A stretch of DNA of 38,922 nt, taken from positions 1 through 38,922 of the IMG/VR virus record IMGVR_UViG_3300033508_000234; one strand, written 5' to 3'. How positions within the stretch are numbered: the stretch's first letter is position 1; the number at the start of each line of letters is the position of its first letter. The translations under genes were made by a program, and so were the position numbers. Of the stretch, positions 26,761 through 34,006 are shown piece after piece. The stretch comes from a virus (lineage: Duplodnaviria; Caudoviricetes). The notes under the pieces were generated by a model. The model saw only the letters and a list, made by a program, of their open reading frames with translations, ran no database searches and had not been told where the DNA came from.

Positions 26761-27942
26761 TCATTTTTTCGCAGCCTTTTTTGGCGCCTGGTTGGAAAAC
26801 ATTTCAACGGCCTTATTCCCGGCGTCAGGAACTGCATCTGGAATCCAACGGCCGTAATTCCTGAAGATCATTGTTGTGTCGCTGTGCCCCATCTGGGCAG
26901 ATAGCCAGATCGGTGATTCTCCAGCCGTCAGCATCATTGAGGCATAGGTGTGCCTGGTCTGGTATGGCCGGCGATAACGAACCTTGGCCAGTCTAAGCGC
27001 TGGTTCCCAGGCGCTATTACGAATCGGCTGATCGCCTTCCCACCGAATTCCTGTTCTTGGATTTAGGAAAACCGCTTCGCCCTTGATATAACTGTGAACC
27101 TTTTGAGCAATGAGCGCATCAAGTGCCGGCTGCAGCAACTTCACATCTCGGGTGCCTCGTTTTGTCTTGGTGGTTTCCGGCTCATCGCTGGCTTGTGTCA
27201 GTGCTCTGCTCACACGAACGAATCCTCGGCGCCAGTCAATGTCGCCCCAGTCGAGGGCAACGAGCTCAGATGTTCTCAATCCGCTCCAGAAAGCAAATTT
27301 AAATAAATTACTGTGTTGCGGATCTCGGCAGGCGTCCAGGATGCCGGCTTGTTCTTCGGCGTCAAATGGATCGACGTCATCTTCAGGCTTTGGTGCTTCT
27401 TTGCGCTCGAAGGTCCAGCCGTACATCGGGTTGATGTCGAGCAGCTCATCGTCCAGGGCATCCTGCAGCGCAATCCTCAGAACGCTTTGAACATTGGCCA
27501 GACGCTTATTGCTGGCTGTCTGCTCCCGGCACCAGTCGCGAACATCAGATCGCTTCAGGTCTGGAAGATTGATTTTCCCAAAGGCTGGAATCAGGGTGTT
27601 GAATACGATTTTTCGGTAATCATCCCAGGTGCTGGCTTTAACATGTGACTTCTGGTCTTTGTACCATTTCTCAAGCCACTTTTCGAGTGAATAGCCTGAG
27701 CCTTTTTCTTCCGAGAATTTGAACCGGTTTGGTGAATCCGGAAAGGTTGTCGCGAAATCGAATTCGCCGCGACTAATTGAATGAAGAATTGCTGCTCGAT
27801 GCAGCTCTGCGCGTTTCAGATTAGCGGCGGTGGGCTGCAGCTTGAGACGTTCCCGGCAGTTGATGCCCTTGAGCGTGAAACTGATCTGGATTGACGAGCC
27901 CGAGACGGCGACGACGCCAATCCGTTTCCGTTCATCACCCAT
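26761..27942 (-). CDS. int: Tyrosine integrase with N-terminal arm-binding domain
   Basis: SGLRTSEL, TKT, YQTRHTYAS, QMGH and catalytic Y in RNYGRW. Confidence 0.95.
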   Translation of the reverse strand: MGDERKRIGVVAVSGSSIQISFTLKGINCRERLKLQPTAANLKRAELHRAAILHSISRGEFDFATTFPDSPNRFKFSEEKGSGYSLEKWLEKWYKDQKSHVKASTWDDYRKIVFNTLIPAFGKINLPDLKRSDVRDWCREQTASNKRLANVQSVLRIALQDALDDELLDINPMYGWTFERKEAPKPEDDVDPFDAEEQAGILDACRDPQHSNLFKFAFWSGLRTSELVALDWGDIDWRRGFVRVSRALTQASDEPETTKTKRGTRDVKLLQPALDALIAQKVHSYIKGEAVFLNPRTGIRWEGDQPIRNSAWEPALRLAKVRYRRPYQTRHTYASMMLTAGESPIWLSAQMGHSDTTMIFRNYGRWIPDAVPDAGNKAVEMFSNQAPKKAAKK

Positions 27943-28103
27943 TCTTCGTACCCCTCACAGTCAATTAATATGTGGCCATCAGGCGCACGCTTCCAGACAC
28001 GGCCTTCCATCCAGATTCCGTCGCTGATTTTATCCCTAATAGCCTGGGGAGAGTACCCGGACTCATCAGCGAATCGTTTGACAGTTTTGAATCGAACGCT
28101 CAT
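27816..28103 (-). CDS. xis: Excisionase
   Basis: KRFADESGYS..AIR.KI..G.W.EG.VW..APDG.ILID..GYE.W; overlaps the int start. Confidence 0.8.
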   Translation of the reverse strand: MSVRFKTVKRFADESGYSPQAIRDKISDGIWMEGRVWKRAPDGHILIDCEGYEEWVMNGNGLASSPSRARQSRSVSRSRASTAGNVSSCSPPPLI

Positions 28104-28363
28104 TTTTTAGCTTGAATCGACCTGAAAAACCGACGGTGAAACCACATCGATGCAGTTATTCCAAGCGGCCCACCGATTAGATAAGCGGCAATCTCGGAGC
28201 CGTTAGCATCCGGAGCCAGTTTATACAGGACCAGCTGACCAATACCTATTCCAAAGCTGGTAAAAAACGCAGCAGAATAGTGGCCTCTATTCACGTTCAG
28301 CGATTGCAGACCCAAGAAAAATACCAGGCAGAATGTGCTGGCGAACAGGGCGAGAATAGTCAT
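28100..28363 (-). CDS. Small multi-TM hypothetical protein
   Basis: Three hydrophobic segments; ATGA coupling to xis. Confidence 0.65.
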   Translation of the reverse strand: MTILALFASTFCLVFFLGLQSLNVNRGHYSAAFFTSFGIGIGQLVLYKLAPDANGSEIAAYLIGGPLGITASMWFHRRFFRSIQAKK

Positions 28364-28527
28364 TTCAATAACTCCTGAGCCAGCAATTTATCCAGACGAC
28401 CAAGCTCTCGCATGTACGCTTGAGCCTGTTTGCTTTCCTGCATACCGACAGCTACCAGTGAGGCTGCTTGCATGAAGCGAATATCACCGATTACCTTGTG
28501 TAAGGACATGAGGTCTTCTTTGCTCAA
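28360..28527 (-). CDS. Hypothetical protein, 55 aa (TTG start)
   Basis: Hand-translated MSKEDLMSLHKVIGD...ELLK; GAGG RBS; overlaps neighbours at both ends. Confidence 0.5.
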   Translation of the reverse strand: MSKEDLMSLHKVIGDIRFMQAASLVAVGMQESKQAQAYMRELGRLDKLLAQELLK

Positions 28528-28628
28528 TTTTTTTCCTCGCAGACATGAGTTTCATAAACGCCATCACCTGGATAGGCTGGAACCTGCATAGGTTGCCCAC
28601 ACTTTGGGCAAGTAACTGTTTTGCTCAT
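28524..28628 (-). CDS. 34-aa Zn-ribbon mini-protein
   Basis: MSKTVTCPKCGQPMQVPAYPGDGVYETHVCEEKN (CxxC...HxC); fills the gap exactly. Confidence 0.55.
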   Translation of the reverse strand: MSKTVTCPKCGQPMQVPAYPGDGVYETHVCEEKN

Positions 28629-28630
28629 GA

Positions 28631-28918
28631 CTATCTGATCTGATGTTTAGTGATTGAGCCACCAGGCACATGCTCGATGTGCTTCGTGCCGGTTTGAGTC
28701 GAAATCTGTTTCGGCTGGTTTGCCTGATTTGGAATGAATCCGCTACTAACAATCGTTCCACCAGTGACCTTCATATAATCCACCTCGACCTTGGCTGTAT
28801 TGATGATGGTCTGTGAAATATCGCTGATAGCCTTTGCGGTATCGAGATCCATTGTTTTATTTTTGAGCCCTTGAATCGCTTCAAACAGATGCGAGCGCAG
28901 ATCGTTGATGTCAGACAT
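28631..28918 (-). CDS. Conserved phage protein (partner of upstream HNH gene)
   Basis: MSDINDLRSHLFE...AKAISDISQTIINTAKVEVD; GGAG RBS before ATG 28918. Confidence 0.7.
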   Translation of the reverse strand: MSDINDLRSHLFEAIQGLKNKTMDLDTAKAISDISQTIINTAKVEVDYMKVTGGTIVSSGFIPNQANQPKQISTQTGTKHIEHVPGGSITKHQIR

Positions 28919-29576
28919 TCTTTTTTCTCCGATTAATTTGACGTGTAAGGGCTCCGCGCAGCTGCACAAGGCCGGCTATTTCTTTCCCATATTTATGAAA
29001 CGAGTTTCGTCGCATCATTTCAGCGATTGTTACGAGCTCAAGATTTGCCAGAACGATGTTTTGCTTGTTGCCATCTTTGAAGGTCAGGCGGTGGCCCTTG
29101 GGTATATCGAATCCGGCCTCACGCCAGATGATGTGATGCACAGGAACGTAATCACGCCTGGTGACACCAGTGTCGCTAACCTTGCGCTGCAGATACCCTT
29201 CGTTGCTCATACGTTCGGTACCTATTGGCAGCCAGGTGTGTGACTTGTGTCCCTTTTTGAATTGCGTATCGATTGAACGCCCACCAGCCTGCCAGCCTTT
29301 AATGCCTTTATTCGGCGGCACATGGCCTTTAGGAAACCGATACTCGCTACCCACGTTATCGCCTTGGCGCAGTCGGCACGCTGCTGGGCTGGCTAGATAT
29401 TCCTCGGTCTTTCTGATTCCGAGTAGATCGGCCTTGCGGTAGATCGAATGCAGTGGGCGCTCAAGATCGCTGGCGATGTTGGCTGTGACCTCATGAGGGA
29501 AACGAGCCTTCAAAACGGCAATCTCATCATCAGTCCACATCCGGCGCGGGGGGAGAATTCCTCGGCTTTTTGTCAT
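28911..29576 (-). CDS. HNH endonuclease family protein
   Basis: WTDDE N-terminus, FPKGH.P.NKG repeats, VHH..W and FKDGNKQN....NL. Confidence 0.8.
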   Translation of the reverse strand: MTKSRGILPPRRMWTDDEIAVLKARFPHEVTANIASDLERPLHSIYRKADLLGIRKTEEYLASPAACRLRQGDNVGSEYRFPKGHVPPNKGIKGWQAGGRSIDTQFKKGHKSHTWLPIGTERMSNEGYLQRKVSDTGVTRRDYVPVHHIIWREAGFDIPKGHRLTFKDGNKQNIVLANLELVTIAEMMRRNSFHKYGKEIAGLVQLRGALTRQINRRKKNV

Positions 29577-29926
29577 GCTGGCACCTCGATGATTGAGGCA
29601 TCAGCAAACTTCACGATGTTGATGAATCCGCCGTTATCACGGCTTCTGAATCCTTCAGACCAATAGCCGAGGTATGGAACAGTCTGCCCGACTCGTTCGG
29701 AATACCACATCCGTGAGTCAGGGCACTGGGTGATATGCAGCATGACGTTATTTTTACGTGGTGCTTGATCAACGGTTGTGCAGATCCCGGTGACGAAGAT
29801 CCGCTCGAGCAGTTCGCCATCGCTGGCCTCGGGGTAGGCCGCACGAAGCAGATCAGCTGCTTTGTTCAGCCCTGGAATAAACGTGGGGGAAAGCTGCAGC
29901 GCGATCATTGCGGGGTCTTGGCTCAT
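29573..29926 (-). CDS. Hypothetical protein
   Basis: ATG 29926 overlaps the upstream stop (ATGA); WY..RVG...SRD.GGFINIV motif. Confidence 0.6.
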   Translation of the reverse strand: MSQDPAMIALQLSPTFIPGLNKAADLLRAAYPEASDGELLERIFVTGICTTVDQAPRKNNVMLHITQCPDSRMWYSERVGQTVPYLGYWSEGFRSRDNGGFINIVKFADASIIEVPA

Positions 29927-30135
29927 TTCCTTCTTCCTGAATAAACGGTTTCTTTGTGGCAAGACTTGCACCTGGATGAATAGCGGCCCCGAGTTGTCTT
30001 GTAATAAAACTCGGTCAATGGCTTTGGTTGTTTGCACAACGTGCAGGGTTTTGTACCTTCTGAATCTTTAATAATCGCCGGAACTGAGCGAATTACTTTA
30101 GCCAGTCGCTTCATCTCCAAGATCAGCGGGTTCAT
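29923..30135 (-). CDS. Small C4 Zn-finger protein
   Basis: CTLCKQPKPLTEFY...CKSC; coupled to the RT stop. Confidence 0.65.
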   Translation of the reverse strand: MNPLILEMKRLAKVIRSVPAIIKDSEGTKPCTLCKQPKPLTEFYYKTTRGRYSSRCKSCHKETVYSGRRK

Positions 30136-31520
30136 GCGTGCCTCCGATACGTTTTGCTTAAATCGCCCTTGATGCAGTGGCCGCGATAGCGCAGGATATT
30201 GGCGAGTTTTGCTCGGTCGTGATGGCCATGGCTGGTCTGACCAAACAATCCGAAGTAGCTATTGGCCGTTGCAAATAAATCGTTGGATTCAATTTCGCGC
30301 ACACGGCGCAGGGCATCGTTGAAGGTGCGCCGGCGGGTGGTTCTCCGCCACGGTTTGATCACCTGCCCGATGAAGTCGATGCCGCGTTCTACCGGCTGCA
30401 GGATGGTTTTGGCCGGATTCAACCGGGCATGCAGCTGCTCGGGAAGAAATGCAGCGATTTGGTCGTGTGCCTGGTTGAGCCACTGCGGCGATTGATGCAG
30501 GAGCACGAAGTCATCAACGTAGCGGATGTAATGCCGGGCGCCGATCCGGTGCTTGACGAACTGGTCTAGCACGTCCAGGTAAATGTTGGCAAAGAACTGG
30601 CTGCTTAGATTGCCGATCGGCAGGCCAAGATGCGCTGGGTGGTTGGTCAGTCGTTTGTGAGCTGGCACGCGGTCAAGCAGATCCGGACGGCCACGGTAGT
30701 CGAAGTCAAGGCGCGGATCATGAAACAGGATCACATCAGCCAACCATAACCACCACGGCTCGGTAACACGTGGCGCAATTAGGTCATGCAGAATGTTCTT
30801 GTCGATGCTGACAAAGAAGTTGGCCAGATCAAGCTTTAGGTAGTGCGCTGGCTGGCTCCAGTTCTGCGTGACGCTGCGTACCTTGGCTTCCAGCCGTTGG
30901 GCCGCATACAAGGTGCCGCGCCCTGGAATACAGGCGCAGCTATCAGCGATGAATGATGCGTAAAAGCGTAGTGAAATCCGGTTGTAAAGCAGGTGATGCA
31001 CTACGCGATCACGGAAGTCAGCCGCCCACACCTCGCGTGGCTTTGGTCGGGTGATGACAAAGCAAATTGACCGCCCTGGCTGGTAGGTGCTGCCCTGAAG
31101 TTCGTCATACAGGGAGCGCAGGTTGCTCTCCAGATCCTGCTCGAAAGCCAGTGCACTGGCACTGTTGCGCTTTGACTTGCGGCAATCGAAGTAGGCCTGG
31201 ACCAGTTCTTCAAAAGAAAAATCAGCATGGTGGTGTTGGGTTCGATCTGCGTACGGAACGGGCACGGAGCTTGTTGTTGAGGTTGTTGTTGTTCTGGTTG
31301 CCGTTGTTGAAATTCTGATACCAGGCGTAGCCAGAATCCGGCTCGTACAGTTTTCTGTTGTGCTATCGATGTCGCTCTGCCGAATATTCAGCAAAGAAAC
31401 TGCGCCAGACCGGCCCTGGCGGCTGCCAGCGGTATCTGTGATGCGCATGTCGGTGGCCTTGTGGGCCAGCGGCTCAACCAGATTGAAAGATCGTACAGTC
31501 ATGGGGGCCGTAACCTTCAT
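30132..31520 (-). CDS. DGR reverse transcriptase (start uncertain; conserved domain begins about 31225)
   Basis: PKPREVWAADFRDRVVH, DLANFF.SI, GLPIGNLSSQFFAN (DGR-type SQ motif), YIRYVDDF and GIDFIG; adjacent to TR and avd. Confidence 0.95.
   Translation of the reverse strand: MKVTAPMTVRSFNLVEPLAHKATDMRITDTAGSRQGRSGAVSLLNIRQSDIDSTTENCTSRILATPGIRISTTATRTTTTSTTSSVPVPYADRTQHHHADFSFEELVQAYFDCRKSKRNSASALAFEQDLESNLRSLYDELQGSTYQPGRSICFVITRPKPREVWAADFRDRVVHHLLYNRISLRFYASFIADSCACIPGRGTLYAAQRLEAKVRSVTQNWSQPAHYLKLDLANFFVSIDKNILHDLIAPRVTEPWWLWLADVILFHDPRLDFDYRGRPDLLDRVPAHKRLTNHPAHLGLPIGNLSSQFFANIYLDVLDQFVKHRIGARHYIRYVDDFVLLHQSPQWLNQAHDQIAAFLPEQLHARLNPAKTILQPVERGIDFIGQVIKPWRRTTRRRTFNDALRRVREIESNDLFATANSYFGLFGQTSHGHHDRAKLANILRYRGHCIKGDLSKTYRRHA
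31245..31350 (-). repeat. DGR template repeat (TR), 106 bp
   Basis: Reads LYEPDSGYAWYQNFNNGNQNNNNLNNKLRARSVRR in the VR frame; 9 AAC + 1 AAT codons; 32 adenines. Confidence 0.96.
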
Positions 31521-31870
31521 GAAGCGGACGATGCGGCGGCTCGACGCCATCCAGTGGCTTGCTTGCCAATGCTGGTGGTCAATTCGATAGCCTTGGCGTA
31601 CTGGCCAATCGAAATGATCTGCTTGTCACGTGAGATCCGAAGGAGCAGCTCGGTAACCTGTAGCCGCTCGATCAGATCTTCAATGTGAGGCGCTTTCACG
31701 CGAGAGACATTCGCGCGAAAAATCAGCGTGAGAATCTCAACGCATTCATCCCTGAGTTTCACGCCAATCGATGATTTGAAATCACGATTCATGTTCTTGA
31801 CGAGATTAAGGATTGCGTTGAGAAGGTCATAAGCGACCTTGTAAATCGGCAATTGAGTATGGAGTGCCAT
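31517..31870 (-). CDS. avd: DGR accessory variability determinant (four-helix bundle)
   Basis: LPIYK.AYDL...G..LR....E...I.RAN...IGKQ..GW; 117 aa, basic; lies between target and TR. Confidence 0.9.
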   Translation of the reverse strand: MALHTQLPIYKVAYDLLNAILNLVKNMNRDFKSSIGVKLRDECVEILTLIFRANVSRVKAPHIEDLIERLQVTELLLRISRDKQIISIGQYAKAIELTTSIGKQATGWRRAAASSAS

Positions 31871-31899
31871 GCTGATGAAAGGACTAAATAATTAAATGA

Positions 31900-32268
31900 C
31901 TAAACCGGCAATCTGCGTACGGAACGGGCACGGAGCTTGCCGTAGAGGTAGTAGCCGCCCTGGCTGCCGTAGTAGAAATTCTGACACCAGGCGAAGCCAG
32001 AACCCGGCTCGTACAGGTCGCCAGACCAGTAGTAACGCGGCTCAAATTCTTCCTTGAGGTTAGCGAACAGGAGCGACTGTTCACGGCGTGTCGGCAGTTC
32101 GCCACCGGCATTTTTCGCCCAGGCTTTAGCATCTTTCCAAGTAACATCGTTGGCTTGCCCAGATAAAAGAATAACGTGCTGATCCGGAGCGCCATCCTTG
32201 CCAAGAATCAGGCCGGCGTACTTCTCGCCTGACTTGAGATTTTCTTTGATCCACTGTGCTTTACTCAT
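31900..32268 (-). CDS. DGR target protein 1 (DUF1566-like C-type lectin fold), 122 aa
   Basis: LPTRRE, YYWS, AW and RARSVR motifs; C-terminal VR. Confidence 0.9.
   Translation of the reverse strand: MSKAQWIKENLKSGEKYAGLILGKDGAPDQHVILLSGQANDVTWKDAKAWAKNAGGELPTRREQSLLFANLKEEFEPRYYWSGDLYEPGSGFAWCQNFYYGSQGGYYLYGKLRARSVRRLPV
31911..32016 (-). repeat. DGR variable repeat VR1
   Basis: 15 mismatches to TR, all at TR adenines (9 A>G, 6 A>T). Confidence 0.96.
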
Positions 32269-32308
32269 GGTCTTTGTCCCTGAGAAAAATTGTTAAATTA
32301 CTGAATGA

Positions 32309-32707
32309 TTAAACCGGCAATCTGCGTACGGAACGGGCACGGAGCTTGATGTTGAGGTAGTTGTAGTGCTGGCGGCCGTCGTAGAAATTCTGACACCAGG
32401 CGTAGCCAGAACCCGGCTCGCACAGTTCGTTGCTCCAGTACAGGTCTTTCTTGAATTGGTCGCGATGATTGGCCCACAGCATGGCCTGCTCGATGCGGTT
32501 TGGCAGATCGCCACCAATTGACTTTGCCCAGTCAAGTTGTTCCTGGTGCGTTGCATCGTCGTTATCACCAGGCAGCAGAATGATGTGCTGAATATTGCCT
32601 TTGGCATCGCCGATGCAGCCGACGTAGGTTTCACCGTCATTCAGATCGGGCAGGGTGATGTTCTTGATTGCTGCAGCGACGGGTTGTTCTTGAAGTGCGT
32701 TTTCCAT
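32309..32707 (-). CDS. DGR target protein 2 (DUF1566-like), 132 aa
   Basis: Paralogue of target 1 (HIILL.G, WAK..GG.LP.R.EQ, YWS); GGAGG RBS; C-terminal VR. Confidence 0.9.
   Translation of the reverse strand: MENALQEQPVAAAIKNITLPDLNDGETYVGCIGDAKGNIQHIILLPGDNDDATHQEQLDWAKSIGGDLPNRIEQAMLWANHRDQFKKDLYWSNELCEPGSGYAWCQNFYDGRQHYNYLNIKLRARSVRRLPV
32320..32425 (-). repeat. DGR variable repeat VR2
   Basis: 11 mismatches to TR, all at TR adenines (5 A>G, 4 A>T, 2 A>C). Confidence 0.96.
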
Positions 32708-32735
32708 GATTCCTCCAGTTGTTGTGTGACAGAAA

Positions 32736-32870
32736 TTAGCGTGCGGCCTTGGCCCACGCGAGACGACGTGAATAGTTGAGTTTGCGCATGTAGCGTAGAG
32801 CGGTGACTGCGCGGACGATGAAACGAGTGATGATCTGAATACTGCTGATTACTTTGTACATGGCGTCCAT
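32736..32870 (-). CDS. Small basic hypothetical protein (about 41-44 aa)
   Basis: Hand-translated MDAMYKVISSIQ...AWAKAAR; start could be 32861. Confidence 0.45.
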   Translation of the reverse strand: MDAMYKVISSIQIITRFIVRAVTALRYMRKLNYSRRLAWAKAAR

Positions 32871-33013
32871 CCTTTGATGGCGCGTCTTAGCAAAGCGAAA
32901 CGGTGACCATTGGTGAATAGGCGAAGCCCAGCTTTATAGGCCTGAAACGCGGTTTGAGTCAGATCAAAGTCTTCGGGAAGATGATCTGCGGGGAAAAAAA
33001 CGGCAGAAATCAT
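32849..33013 (-). CDS. Small hypothetical protein, 54 aa
   Basis: MISAVFFPADHLPED...GWTPCTK; AGGAG RBS. Confidence 0.55.
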   Translation of the reverse strand: MISAVFFPADHLPEDFDLTQTAFQAYKAGLRLFTNGHRFALLRRAIKGWTPCTK

Positions 33014-33021
33014 GGGTTCTC

Positions 33022-33192
33022 CTACACCAGTGTCAATTGTTTGGGTTGGCCGGGCTTGCTATGGGCCTTGGCGGCCAGTTCAAGACCAAGCCTGATCAGA
33101 GGGTCGGTTAATGCTTTTTGAATCGTCACGCCGACACACCACAAGCGAGCCTGGTGGTATTCGCGTTTTAGATCGTCTGTTGTTGGGTGCAT
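33022..33192 (-). CDS. Small hypothetical protein, 56 aa
   Basis: MHPTTDDLKREY...QLTLV; packs between rha and the next ORF. Confidence 0.5.
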   Translation of the reverse strand: MHPTTDDLKREYHQARLWCVGVTIQKALTDPLIRLGLELAAKAHSKPGQPKQLTLV

Positions 33193-33197
33193 GGCGA

Positions 33198-33914
33198 CTA
33201 GGCGGCGTAGCGAATTTGTGGAAACGTTTCGCCAGGCAAACTCTTGCCGATCATTCCGGCAAACTGCTCAACCCGATGCTTGGCCAGCTTATAAATGTCT
33301 TTGTACTGAAGGCCGGCTTCCATGCCTTCACGAAGAGCGCGTTGAGCGATAAGTTCAGCTGTTCCAAGGTTGACTAACTGAGCGGCATTCAGGCGGTCGC
33401 GAAAGCCATCACCAACAGCTTTCCCGATCATGAATATGGCTGAATATTCCATCTTCGTGAGCTGCATGTAATACTTTTCAGCGCTCCGGCTTCCTTGTGC
33501 TTTGGCGTAACGCACGAAGTCCTGAACGTTGTCGGTAAAGGTCAGGCGAACGACCTTGCCATTCTCGCGGGCCTGCTTCCATTCGAAAGTGAAGCGGTAG
33601 GCATCCTGCTGGCGGATGGCGCGCTCCATCGTATTGAATGCTTCAAGAAACTTTATTTTCCAATCTGCAGCTTTTTTACCTGTGAACCCCATGGCAAGGA
33701 AAGCGAATCCATCGCGAGTAATGTAAAACATTGGATAAGTCTTGCCGCGATCGTCGATGTAATCTCGCTCCGCAAAATTGCGGAGCCGAAAATCATCAGG
33801 ACATTCAAGGTTGCGAATTGCGCGTAAAACTGTGTCGTGACGCTTCCCGAACTTCTCTGCGATGACCAGGGAGGTAGTCATCGGCTGGCCGTTGGTTGTG
33901 GTGATAAGTTGCAT
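33198..33914 (-). CDS. rha: Rha-family phage regulatory protein
   Basis: TTSLVIAEKFGKRH..VLR.I and ITRDGF.FL.MGFTGKKA..WK..F..AFN.ME. Confidence 0.9.
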   Translation of the reverse strand: MQLITTTNGQPMTTSLVIAEKFGKRHDTVLRAIRNLECPDDFRLRNFAERDYIDDRGKTYPMFYITRDGFAFLAMGFTGKKAADWKIKFLEAFNTMERAIRQQDAYRFTFEWKQARENGKVVRLTFTDNVQDFVRYAKAQGSRSAEKYYMQLTKMEYSAIFMIGKAVGDGFRDRLNAAQLVNLGTAELIAQRALREGMEAGLQYKDIYKLAKHRVEQFAGMIGKSLPGETFPQIRYAA

Positions 33915-33945
33915 TTCGTTCTCCGTGTCAGGTGAGTACGGATAT

Positions 33946-33986
33946 ATGGTAGCTAATAGAAACCAATTGTGTCAATAGCTAATAGC
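33946..33986 (-). promoter_or_regulatory. Early leftward promoter (PL-like) with operators
   Basis: TTGACA (33975-33970), N18, TACCAT (33951-33946); two CTATTAGCTA operator-like copies. Confidence 0.75.
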
Positions 33987-34006
33987 ATCCATTCAAACAA
34001 ATTTTT

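Larger units (their letters stand above)
30132..32707 (-). mobile_element. Diversity-generating retroelement cassette (target2-target1-avd-TR-RT)
   Basis: All components present; TR/VR mismatches are adenine-specific. Confidence 0.96.

Noticed and set aside
30132-31550. Group II intron, retron or Abi RT
   Set aside because: The SQ motif, adjacent avd and adenine-specific TR/VR pairs identify a DGR; no intron maturase/endonuclease extension or retron msr-msd was seen.
31884-32640. Alternative-frame ORFs 31884..32204 and 32293..32640 ending SSVPVPYAD
   Set aside because: They are shifted-frame readings of the VRs; the lectin-fold frames have RBSs and place the variable adenines in codon positions 1-2.
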